Notes: generated by a model from the sequence alone, not told the origin. Positions 18,148 to 26,066 are shown, numbered from the stretch's first letter. The stretch is DNA of 64,000 nucleotides from Bacteroidota bacterium (GCA_947485745.1 CANKQY010000005.1:875-64874), one strand, 5' to 3'. Made by a program: numbers and translations.

Positions 18148-18984
18148 ATGACGAAAATAGTAAAAGTAGGTAACATAGATGCTGGTAGCGATGAGCTATT
18201 CTTGATTTCTGGACCTTGTGTGATAGAAGATGAAGTTATCATGATGAAAACAGCTGAGAAACTAAAAGAGGTTTCAGAAAAGTTAAACATCAAAATGATT
18301 TACAAATCATCTTTCCAAAAAGACAACCGCAGTAGTTTAAAATATTATGATGGTCCGGGTTTGGATAAAGGTGTTAAAATATTGGCCAAAGTAAAAGAGC
18401 AGTTTGGCTTCCCTTTGTTAACAGATATTCATTACCCAGATCAAGCTGCTGCTGCTGGTGAGGTTTGTGACGTATTGCAAATTCCAGCCTACTTGTGTAT
18501 GCAATCTACCTTAATGGTGGCTGCTGCTAAAACAGGCAGGGTTATCAATATCAAACATGGTCAGTTTTTAGCGCCAGAAAACATGAAGCATCCTGTGCAA
18601 AAATGTATTGATTCTGGCAACGACCAAGTAATATTAACCGAAAGAGGATTTACCTTTGGTTACAATGATATGATTGTAGACCCAAGGAGTTTCTTTTTAA
18701 TGGGACAAATAGGTTACCCTGTTGTATTTGATATTACCCATGCTATCAGAAAATATGGTATCCCTAGTGCAGATGCCAAAGGAGGTGCCAGAGAATTTTT
18801 GCCTGTATTAAGTAGGGCAGGGGTTGCTGCTGGTGTGGATGGAGTGTTTATAGAAACTCACCCCGATCCTGCAACCGCCTTGTGCGATGCCGCTTCTCAA
18901 TTGAGTGTTTATGCATTGGAAGAATTTTTAAAGCCATTGATAGAATTGCACAATATTGAGGTAAGCTATCGCTCAAAAGTGTAA
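18148..18984 (+). CDS. kdsA: 3-deoxy-8-phosphooctulonate (Kdo8P) synthase, metal-dependent class, with atypical active-site substitutions
   Basis: 278 aa, alignable by eye along its full length with E. coli and Aquifex KdsA. It has the KSSFQKDNRSS PEP-binding motif. The metal ligands are Cys in SGPCVIE, His in DITHA, Glu in IETHPDP and Asp in LCDAAS. The conserved PAFLCRQTDL motif reads PAYLCMQSTL here. Confidence 0.9.
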   Translation: MTKIVKVGNIDAGSDELFLISGPCVIEDEVIMMKTAEKLKEVSEKLNIKMIYKSSFQKDNRSSLKYYDGPGLDKGVKILAKVKEQFGFPLLTDIHYPDQAAAAGEVCDVLQIPAYLCMQSTLMVAAAKTGRVINIKHGQFLAPENMKHPVQKCIDSGNDQVILTERGFTFGYNDMIVDPRSFFLMGQIGYPVVFDITHAIRKYGIPSADAKGGAREFLPVLSRAGVAAGVDGVFIETHPDPATALCDAASQLSVYALEEFLKPLIELHNIEVSYRSKV

Positions 18985-19024
18985 ATTTAAAACGCGTTAT
19001 TGAAACATTATTTTAATACTAACC

Positions 19025-19696
19025 ATGAAAAATAAATTATTCATACTCATTTGCGTTTTTATGTGCTCGCATGTTGCTTACGCACAATACGAATCACCTT
19101 ATAAAAATGAATCTTCGTCAGTTTCATCTTCTGAAAGGCCTAATTTCTACCTAGGCATTGGAACAGGATTAAATTATAAAACAGGTGTTTTGGGTTTATC
19201 TTTGGCATATAGAATAGCACCCAAAAGCTTGGTTGAATTAAATATGGGTTTAGGTGTTTACGGCAGCAAAATTGGCTTAGGTGGGGTATTTAATGTAATT
19301 GAAAAAGGTGCTTGGTGCCCCTCTTTATCTTTTTCTAGGGCATCTGGAGGGTCAGAAGTGCCATTAACAGTGGAGGTTGAAGTGATAGGCTCTAATAATG
19401 CCGCAAGCACCGAAACCAAAATCAACTTAAGCCCAATGTTCACCCTAACACCGGGTGTGCAAAGGCAGTTTATTTCAAGAAAGGGCAACCGTTTTGTTTT
19501 GGAATTTGGTTTCGCTATTCCTTTAAATACAGCCACACAAGAATTTTCGGAGAGTTTTGCAGAGGTTAATGGTGTTCAGGTACCAACTAGCTTTCTAAAA
19601 TTCTCAAGTACGCAAAAAACAGTTTTTAAAATTTTGGATCCTGCAGGATTAAGCCTCGGATTGTGTTATTATTTTGGGTTCAAACCGAAGAACTAA
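19025..19696 (+). CDS. Putative small outer-membrane beta-barrel protein (hypothetical)
   Basis: 223 aa with signal peptide MKNKLFILICVFMCSHVAYAQ. Gly-rich amphipathic strands include YLGIGTGLNY, LGLSLAY and GLSLGLCYYFGF. It is embedded within the Kdo island. Confidence 0.5.
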   Translation: MKNKLFILICVFMCSHVAYAQYESPYKNESSSVSSSERPNFYLGIGTGLNYKTGVLGLSLAYRIAPKSLVELNMGLGVYGSKIGLGGVFNVIEKGAWCPSLSFSRASGGSEVPLTVEVEVIGSNNAASTETKINLSPMFTLTPGVQRQFISRKGNRFVLEFGFAIPLNTATQEFSESFAEVNGVQVPTSFLKFSSTQKTVFKILDPAGLSLGLCYYFGFKPKN

Positions 19697-19729
19697 ATGG
19701 CATAATTTAGGTTATTTTGGAATTAAAAT

Positions 19730-19737
19730 TATTTTTG
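19730..19737 (+). promoter_or_regulatory. Bacteroidota-type -7 promoter box (TAnnTTTG)
   Basis: TATTTTTG lies 41 nt upstream of the ATG at 19779. Confidence 0.3.
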
Positions 19738-19778
19738 TGCCACAATTAATCAGAGATTAATAGAATTATATACAAAAA

Positions 19779-20789
19779 ATGGAATTATACTTAGATTCAG
19801 CCAACTTAAAAGAAATTGAAGAAGCCTTTAAATTAGGGTTCTTAAACGGTTTAACTACCACTCCAACCTTCATGCAGCGCGAAGGCATTACAGATGTGGA
19901 TGCCATGATTGTGAAACTATCCAAAATTGTACCTGTGCTTCAAATTGAGGCTTTAGGAGATACTGCTGAAGATGTTTTGGCCGAGGCTAAAAGACAATTG
20001 GCTCTGGGACTAGATCCTAAGAAAACTGTATTTAAAATTCCAGTTTCATTAGAAGGCGTTCGTGCTTGTAAAATGTTGCGAAACGAAGGTTTATTGGTAA
20101 ATGTACACTTGGTGTATACCTTGCAACAAGCTTATATGGCTATGCATGCAGGTGCAACTTATGTTTGCCCTCTGGTGGGTCGCTTGCAAGATCAAGGTCA
20201 TGATGCCCTTGATTTAGTTGCCCAAATTGTAGATGCAGTAGATCATTATGGTTATGATACCAAAGTAATGTTTTCTTCAGTTCGCACCATGGAACATATC
20301 AGAAACGCCATAAATTTAGGTGTTCATACCATTACCGTTCCATTGAAGATCATGAAGCAATTAACCGAAAATCATTTTACAACGGTAGGTACTGATCAGT
20401 TTATTCATGATACCCGTTTAATGACAGTTCGCGTAAAAGAAGCATTAAACGGTGTGAACCCAATCATTGCTGCCAACACAAATTTAGCTGATGCCATTGT
20501 AAAAATGACTGAGTATGGATTTGGTGCCATTACTGTGGTAAATGCAGATGGTAGCTTAAAAGGTGTATTTACAGACGGTGATTTGCGCAGAAAAATACAA
20601 TCGGAAGGCAGAGATGTATTGAGTAAAAACATTGGCGATTTTGAATATGGTAAAGCAATTTCAATCGAAGGCTCTGCGCTTTTAAATGAAGCAGCCGGCA
20701 TATTTAAATCAACCAAAGTAGATACCATTTTGGTTACTGAAAATGGTAAACCATTGGGCATGTTAGATATTCAAGATTTAGAGGGATAA
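19779..20789 (+). CDS. Fusion protein: transaldolase/fructose-6-phosphate-aldolase-type TIM barrel plus a KdsD-type CBS domain pair
   Basis: Residues 1 to about 215 carry MELYLDSANLKEIEE, GLTTTPTF, the Schiff-base Lys motif TVFKIPVSLEGVRACKML, and GATYVCPLVGRL. Residues from about 220 to 336 carry GVFTDGDLRRKIQ and GKPLGMLDIQDL, which closely resemble the C-terminal CBS pair of KdsD/KpsF (GIFTDGDLRRVF in E. coli KdsD). No SIS domain is present. Confidence 0.75.
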   Translation: MELYLDSANLKEIEEAFKLGFLNGLTTTPTFMQREGITDVDAMIVKLSKIVPVLQIEALGDTAEDVLAEAKRQLALGLDPKKTVFKIPVSLEGVRACKMLRNEGLLVNVHLVYTLQQAYMAMHAGATYVCPLVGRLQDQGHDALDLVAQIVDAVDHYGYDTKVMFSSVRTMEHIRNAINLGVHTITVPLKIMKQLTENHFTTVGTDQFIHDTRLMTVRVKEALNGVNPIIAANTNLADAIVKMTEYGFGAITVVNADGSLKGVFTDGDLRRKIQSEGRDVLSKNIGDFEYGKAISIEGSALLNEAAGIFKSTKVDTILVTENGKPLGMLDIQDLEG

Positions 20790-20815
20790 TTGAATAATCA
20801 TATCTATTCATAATG

Positions 20816-20847
20816 AAAAGACCGCTGCAATTAGCGGTCTTTTTTTT
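20816..20847 (+). terminator. Rho-independent terminator after the aldolase-CBS gene
   Basis: The stem GACCGCT (20820-20826) pairs with AGCGGTC (20833-20839), with loop GCAATT. An 8-nt T-run (20840-20847) follows, and preceding A residues extend the stem. Confidence 0.8.
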
Positions 20848-20903
20848 GCCTTTTTGTTATCAATAAAATACAAGGTATCTTGCCGTAAAATATTAATTGA
20901 ATC

Positions 20904-21605
20904 ATGAACCATACCGAATCTATATTTTCGCAAATTGGTGGTGTATTTTGCACGCCTATTGCTGAACTTGCCATTAAAATGAGTAAGGTAAAAGCCTTTA
21001 TTTTTGATTGGGATGGTGTTTTTAACAATGCTCAGAAAAATGAAAACAAAAGCAGCACCTTCAATGAAGCTGATAGCATGGGTACTAATATGCTTAGGTT
21101 CAGCCATTATTTATTGAACCAACAATTACCTGCTACCGCAATTATTTCGGGCGAAAAAAACGAAATGGCTTTTTATTTTGCCGAACGCGAACATTTTGAT
21201 GGCTGTTATTTTAAAGTGCCCAATAAAATAATTGCTCTGAACCATTTCTGTGAAAAGCATGATTTACAACTTAATGAGGTTGCCTATGTTTTTGATGATG
21301 TGCTCGATTTAAGCATTGCTGCCGTTTGTGGTGTAAGAATTTTAATCAACAGAAAAGCCAATCCTTTGTTTAAAAATTATTTGGTTCAAAACAACTTTGT
21401 TGATTACATAACCGGACATGAAAGTGGTAATTTTGCCTTGAGAGAGACTACCGAAATGCTCATGGGCTTAAATGATAACTACAACCAATGTATGGATGAT
21501 CGCAAGGATTTTAGTCAGGCATATATGGGGTATTTAGAACTGCGACAAAGCGCCCCAACAAGATTTTACACCATTGAATCAAATGTGGTGGTAGAAAAGA
21601 AATAA
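20904..21605 (+). CDS. HAD-superfamily phosphatase, divergent KdsC-like (Kdo8P phosphatase family IIIA)
   Basis: 233 aa, aligned by eye to E. coli KdsC. Motif I is AFIFDWDGVF (LILDVDGVL in KdsC). Motif II is AIISGEK (AIITGRK). The Lys motif is VPNKIIAL. Motif IV is VAYVFDDVLD (VAYVGDDLID). The C-terminal part is VDYITGHESGNFALRETTEMLMGL. Confidence 0.65.
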   Translation: MNHTESIFSQIGGVFCTPIAELAIKMSKVKAFIFDWDGVFNNAQKNENKSSTFNEADSMGTNMLRFSHYLLNQQLPATAIISGEKNEMAFYFAEREHFDGCYFKVPNKIIALNHFCEKHDLQLNEVAYVFDDVLDLSIAAVCGVRILINRKANPLFKNYLVQNNFVDYITGHESGNFALRETTEMLMGLNDNYNQCMDDRKDFSQAYMGYLELRQSAPTRFYTIESNVVVEKK

Positions 21606-21611
21606 GGTATT

Positions 21612-23690
21612 TTAACTATATCTTTTTAAATAATCCAAAGTTACTTGCTGCGAACTTTGTCCGGTGCCATCAGTGTTTTGATGGATATAATGGATGTCGT
21701 TGATGCCATCAATTTTTCTGGCTTTCAATTGATCATTCCATTGTATATCAAAAATATCAGATACTATCTTTTGATTGTCTTTGGCATAAACAGGGAAGCC
21801 AACTTCTATCCTGCTCATCAAATTTCTAGTCATCCAATCTGCAGAAGCTAAATATATTTTTTCATCGCCACCATTGCAAAACATGTATAGTCTGGCATGC
21901 TCCAAAAACCTGTCAATGATACTTATAATCTCTATGTTTTCACTGCTATTTGGCACACCAGGAACCAAACAACAAATACCTCTAATGATCAATTGAATTT
22001 TTACACCAGCATTACTTGCTTCGTATAGCTTTTTTATTATATCGGTATCTACCAATGAATTCATTTTAGCTTTGATCCAAGCTGGTTTTCCTGCAAGGGC
22101 ATTTGCCTTTTCTTGGTCTATCATCTGCAAGAATTGCTTTTTCATAAATTCTGGCGCCACCAATAAATGCTTGAACCCACCTCTCCTAAGGTTCACAAAA
22201 AGGATATCCGTTAAGGCGTCAATTTCTTCGGTTAACCTAATATCCTTGGTAAACAAGCCAAAGTCGCTATAAATCCTTGCGGTTACTCCATTATAATTTC
22301 CTGTAGCTAAATGGGCGTACTTTACAATTTTGTTGTTTTCCTTGCGGTAAATTAAGCAGATTTTACAATGTACCTTCTGACCAGGTTTGCCAAAATGAAC
22401 TTGTGCTCCTGCCTCCTGCAGTTGGTTAGTCCAAAAGATATTTGATTCTTCATCAAACCTCGCCTGAAGCTCCATCAATACAATAACCTTCTTGCCATTC
22501 TTAACCGCATTAATAAGCGCATTTACCACATTGCTGTGTTTTGCTACTCTATACAGTGTAATTAAAATAGTAGTTACTTGTGGGTCGATTGCCGCTTCTC
22601 TAATAAAGCGAATCAGGTAATCAAAACTTTGGTAAGGTTGATGAAATAAGATATCTTTTTTAGTGATGGCATCAAACATAATTTTTTCTTGCTCCAGTTC
22701 CTTAATAGGTATTTGTAACAATGGCGCAAAATAATGTTCTTTCTCACCAATATTGGGAAAGTCCATGAAGTCCTTAAAATTATGGTACCTTCCACCTGGA
22801 ATCAAATTCACATTCCTTAGATCTAATTTTCTGATCAAAAACTCCAGCATGTCTTTTGGCATGCTTTCATCATAAACAAATCGGGTAGGTAGTCCTTTAG
22901 ATCTTTGCTTCAAGCTTTTTTGAATTTTATCTAATAAGTTTATTGAATAGTCATTTTCATCTTTGCTAATTTCAAATTCAGCGTCTCGTGTTATTTTGAT
23001 GATATATGATTCGTAATTTTGGTAATCGAAAATTGAAAATATGCGTGTTAAATTGAGGCGTATAATGTTTTCAAGTAAAATAATATGCTGCTTACTTTCA
23101 AATTCGGGCAGTGTGAAAAATCTTTTAATAATACCCGTTGGTATTTCAATAATAGCATGCTTGGGTTCCATTCCACTTAAGCTATTTTTCATCCTTACAG
23201 CCAAATAAATACTCCTATCACGCAGGTGTGGAATTTGCTTCAGGTTGTCTAAAATTATTGGGAACAGGTTATTTAAAATATTTAGCTTGAAATAATTTTG
23301 AATAATCTTGGCTTCGTTCTCATTAACCAAGGTTTCATCAATTAAAAAAATGTTATTTCTATTTAGCTCAGGAATAATTTGTTGTTCGTAAATCTCAGTA
23401 AATTTGTCTTGCATAACCATTACTGTTCGCTGTATTTCCGACAAAATTTCATCTGGTGAAGATTGGTACTCAGAAATAGGCTTTTTGCCATTTACTTTTT
23501 GTAAGCGTCTGATTTGAGCCACTCTAACCCTAAAAAACTCATCTAAATTAGAAGAAAAAATAGCCATGAATTTAATCCTTTCCATTAATGGATTATTTGC
23601 ATTTTCTACCTCCTGCAAAACGCGCTCATTAAAGTGTAACCAGCTGATTTCTCTATCTTTAAATAAATGTCCTTTTCTTTCTTTAATCAT
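21612..23690 (-). CDS. ppk1: Polyphosphate kinase 1
   Basis: 692 aa. The N-terminus reads RKGHLFKDREISWLHFNERVLQEVENANNPLMERIKFMAIFSSNLDEFFRVRVAQ. The PLD-like C-terminal domains include HCKICLIYRKE and FLEHARLYMF. Confidence 0.95.
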   Translation of the reverse strand: MIKERKGHLFKDREISWLHFNERVLQEVENANNPLMERIKFMAIFSSNLDEFFRVRVAQIRRLQKVNGKKPISEYQSSPDEILSEIQRTVMVMQDKFTEIYEQQIIPELNRNNIFLIDETLVNENEAKIIQNYFKLNILNNLFPIILDNLKQIPHLRDRSIYLAVRMKNSLSGMEPKHAIIEIPTGIIKRFFTLPEFESKQHIILLENIIRLNLTRIFSIFDYQNYESYIIKITRDAEFEISKDENDYSINLLDKIQKSLKQRSKGLPTRFVYDESMPKDMLEFLIRKLDLRNVNLIPGGRYHNFKDFMDFPNIGEKEHYFAPLLQIPIKELEQEKIMFDAITKKDILFHQPYQSFDYLIRFIREAAIDPQVTTILITLYRVAKHSNVVNALINAVKNGKKVIVLMELQARFDEESNIFWTNQLQEAGAQVHFGKPGQKVHCKICLIYRKENNKIVKYAHLATGNYNGVTARIYSDFGLFTKDIRLTEEIDALTDILFVNLRRGGFKHLLVAPEFMKKQFLQMIDQEKANALAGKPAWIKAKMNSLVDTDIIKKLYEASNAGVKIQLIIRGICCLVPGVPNSSENIEIISIIDRFLEHARLYMFCNGGDEKIYLASADWMTRNLMSRIEVGFPVYAKDNQKIVSDIFDIQWNDQLKARKIDGINDIHYIHQNTDGTGQSSQQVTLDYLKRYS

Positions 23691-23831
23691 TGATACACAA
23701 TGTTAGTGTAAAATTACCCAACTTATTTTGCGAAATAACACAATTTAAGGTTAATAAATCGTTAATTGTGCCAAATTGAATTCACTTTTAAGGCACAATT
23801 GTTGACTATTGAAAAGTAAAGGAGAAAATAC

Positions 23832-24131
23832 ATGAAAATGCAATTTATGGTTGAAATGTTCTTGCCAGAGGAAATGGAAATGGATTTCATGCGTATGATT
23901 CCTGCCCATAGAGCCTATATCAATGAACTTATATCAAGTGGAAAAATATTGTCGTATTCAATTAGTTTCGACCGCACAAAAGGCTGGATCATCTTTCAAT
24001 CAGAAAATGCCGAAGATGTGTTAGACATTGTTCAACAATTCCCCATTCACCAATTCATTACCATCGAAATACATGAGCTGTTCATCCATGATGGAGAAGC
24101 TTATCGTTTCCCTAAATTGAATTTTAATTAA
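23832..24131 (+). CDS. Small muconolactone-isomerase-like (dimeric alpha/beta barrel) protein, hypothetical
   Basis: 99 aa. MQFMVEMFLPEEMEMDF...VLDIVQQFPIHQFITIEIHELFIHD parallels the MLFHVKMTVKLPVDMD...LPLFPYMDIEVDGL pattern of muconolactone delta-isomerase as I recall it. It is preceded by an AAGGAG motif 7 nt upstream of the ATG. Confidence 0.4.
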   Translation: MKMQFMVEMFLPEEMEMDFMRMIPAHRAYINELISSGKILSYSISFDRTKGWIIFQSENAEDVLDIVQQFPIHQFITIEIHELFIHDGEAYRFPKLNFN

Positions 24132-24134
24132 TCG

Positions 24135-24159
24135 GTTTGATCCTAAATTTGGGTCAAAC
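24135..24159. terminator. Candidate bidirectional terminator hairpin between convergent genes
   Basis: A 9-bp stem, GTTTGATCC (24135-24143) with GGGTCAAAC (24151-24159), contains one G-U pair and has a 7-nt loop. There is no strong U-tract, so confidence is moderate. Confidence 0.4.
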
Positions 24160-24161
24160 AG

Positions 24162-25994
24162 TTAATTGCTAATGACCAATTTTTGGTTCCAACTTTTGCC
24201 GTTGAGCGTATTTACTTTTACTATATAAATACCATTAGGTAAGTTTACCGAATGGTTCATGTTTTTTTGCAATTGCTCTTCTCTATATAACAACTTTCCA
24301 TCAATTGCATATAGTTCCAACCAAACATTGGATTGAAATGAACTCAATTGAATATTAAACTGATCTTTTGCAGGGTTTGGAAATAACTGAATGGAAGGAT
24401 TCCAATTTTCCTCTTCCACACCAACAGGATAGCCAAATTGCAAGATTCTAGTTTGGTAGGGTTTAAGATTTACCTTAATGCTGAAGGTGCTAGAGTTTGA
24501 AGAAATACTAAATAGGCTGTCATTAAAAATATCTTCTATTTGATAGTTACCAAATTTACCATCCGATTTTGTGATGTCCATTTGAACATTGCTTAAGCCA
24601 ATATTTGAAGTATTGACCAATACCAAAACATCCTTGCCATTTAAAGATCTTTGGTAGGAGTGAACTGCATATTCAGAGCTGGTTATATTGGTATGTGTGC
24701 CCGTTTGAAGAATAGGTTGTTCTTTCCTTATTTGAATTAATTTTTGGTAATGGTTCCAAATGGAATTTTCATCTAATTGCATACTGGCAACATTATAAGT
24801 GGTATAGTTGCTATTAAGTGCTCTCCAAGGTGAACCAGTTGTAAATCCTCCATTGGCCGCTCCCGACCATTGCATAGGCCTCCTTATATTCTCATCTGGT
24901 TTAGAGCCTTTCATAGCTACCTCTTCGCCATAATAAATAAATGGTACACCACCTTGAGTAAACAACAAACTTGCGGCTGCTTTATTTTTATCAAGATTAT
25001 TACTGAACACATCAATCACCCTGTTTTGATCGTGGTTGGTTAAAAAACTCGCGAACTGGTTGGGCTTAAATATTATTTTGCCGGTATTGATTGCCACCCT
25101 CGAATTATAAGGATTTCCAGTATTTGCCGCATTCATATTGGCATCAGCTAAATTGAAATCAAAGCACAAATCCAATTTATCAGTGTAAAGCGCAATGTTT
25201 TCTGGTGAATCCCAAACTTCTCCAACTAACAATGAATTGCTATTCCATGATTTGCAACTGTCATTAAACTCTTTCCAAAATGCTAAGGTCTTTGGGTGGT
25301 TCTTTAAAGTTGTTCCTTCTTCATACAAATACATGGCTGCATCTAACCTAAAACCATCTACACTCATATCCTTGATCCAATATTTAGCTGCAGCAAAAAT
25401 GCTGTCTTTCACAGGTTGGTAATTGAAATTTAAATCGGGCATACCACTCCAAAACAAAGCATAATAATTGCTGCCATTTTTGGGATACCACAATTGCTGT
25501 CCCCACGGACCAGTTTGCGATGACGGACTAGTTTCCCACCTGTAAAAATCTCTGTAAAATGCATCATTGTTGGCCGACTTAATGAACCAAGGATGCTTAT
25601 CAGAACTATGGTTTATGACTAAATCCATGATTACTTTTATACCCCTGTTGTGGGCTTGGGTAAGCATTGTTTTAAAATCATTGTCAGTTCCATATTGTGG
25701 ATTTAAAGCCAAATAATTTGTCACATCATATCCATGGTAACTAGGGGAGGAGTTAATAGGCATCAGCCAAACTAGGCCAATTCCTAGGTCATTTGCAGTA
25801 GCTGGATTCCCATCATTGAGGTAGTCTAGCTTTTGGGTCATGCCATTAAAATCACCTATGCCATCACCATTACTATCATAAAAACTGCGGACAAAAATTT
25901 CGTAGGCAGTAGTTTCATTCCACCATTTATTCTGTGTGAACCCATTAGCCCCAAACAAAAAACTGAAGGCTAAAATTGAGATATATTTTTTCAT
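24162..25994 (-). CDS. GH13 alpha-amylase family protein with a T9SS C-terminal sorting domain
   Basis: 610 aa with a signal peptide. GH13 motifs are GIKVIMDLVINHSS, VDGFRLDAAMY, LVGEVWD and FLTNHDQNR. The C-terminal roughly 80 aa (IQLFPNPAKDQFNIQL...GIYIVKVNTLNGKSWNQKLVISN) match the Por secretion tail pattern. Confidence 0.9.
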   Translation of the reverse strand: MKKYISILAFSFLFGANGFTQNKWWNETTAYEIFVRSFYDSNGDGIGDFNGMTQKLDYLNDGNPATANDLGIGLVWLMPINSSPSYHGYDVTNYLALNPQYGTDNDFKTMLTQAHNRGIKVIMDLVINHSSDKHPWFIKSANNDAFYRDFYRWETSPSSQTGPWGQQLWYPKNGSNYYALFWSGMPDLNFNYQPVKDSIFAAAKYWIKDMSVDGFRLDAAMYLYEEGTTLKNHPKTLAFWKEFNDSCKSWNSNSLLVGEVWDSPENIALYTDKLDLCFDFNLADANMNAANTGNPYNSRVAINTGKIIFKPNQFASFLTNHDQNRVIDVFSNNLDKNKAAASLLFTQGGVPFIYYGEEVAMKGSKPDENIRRPMQWSGAANGGFTTGSPWRALNSNYTTYNVASMQLDENSIWNHYQKLIQIRKEQPILQTGTHTNITSSEYAVHSYQRSLNGKDVLVLVNTSNIGLSNVQMDITKSDGKFGNYQIEDIFNDSLFSISSNSSTFSIKVNLKPYQTRILQFGYPVGVEEENWNPSIQLFPNPAKDQFNIQLSSFQSNVWLELYAIDGKLLYREEQLQKNMNHSVNLPNGIYIVKVNTLNGKSWNQKLVISN

Positions 25995-26066
25995 TGTTGC
26001 ATTAAAAAAACTGCATCAATTAGGTTACAAACAAACAAATTAAAGAAGCAGAATAAGCATAAAAAA

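Noticed and set aside
19025-19696. Idea that the OM barrel inside the Kdo island is a lipid A deacylase (PagL-like)
   Set aside because: The mature protein has no His to form the PagL His-Ser catalytic pair. Only a generic beta-barrel call is justified.
20808-21107. Minus-strand ORFs of 99 and 65 aa between the aldolase-CBS gene and the KdsC-like gene
   Set aside because: They span the rho-independent terminator at 20816-20847 and overlap the 5-prime end of the KdsC-like CDS. No motif or signal supports them.
15826-21605. Alternative reading of the Kdo island as an aminoshikimate/AHBA-type or 2-deoxystreptamine-type cluster (aminotransferase plus DHQ-synthase-like plus DAHP-synthase-like plus HAD phosphatase)
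   Set aside because: The 360-aa protein has the Fe-ADH GGGSxxDxAK motif rather than the sugar-phosphate-cyclase/DHQS glycine motif. The synthase aligns end to end with KdsA rather than DAHP synthase. The CBS pair and the HAD protein are specifically KdsD- and KdsC-like. A Kdo-centred interpretation fits better, but only a database search can settle it.
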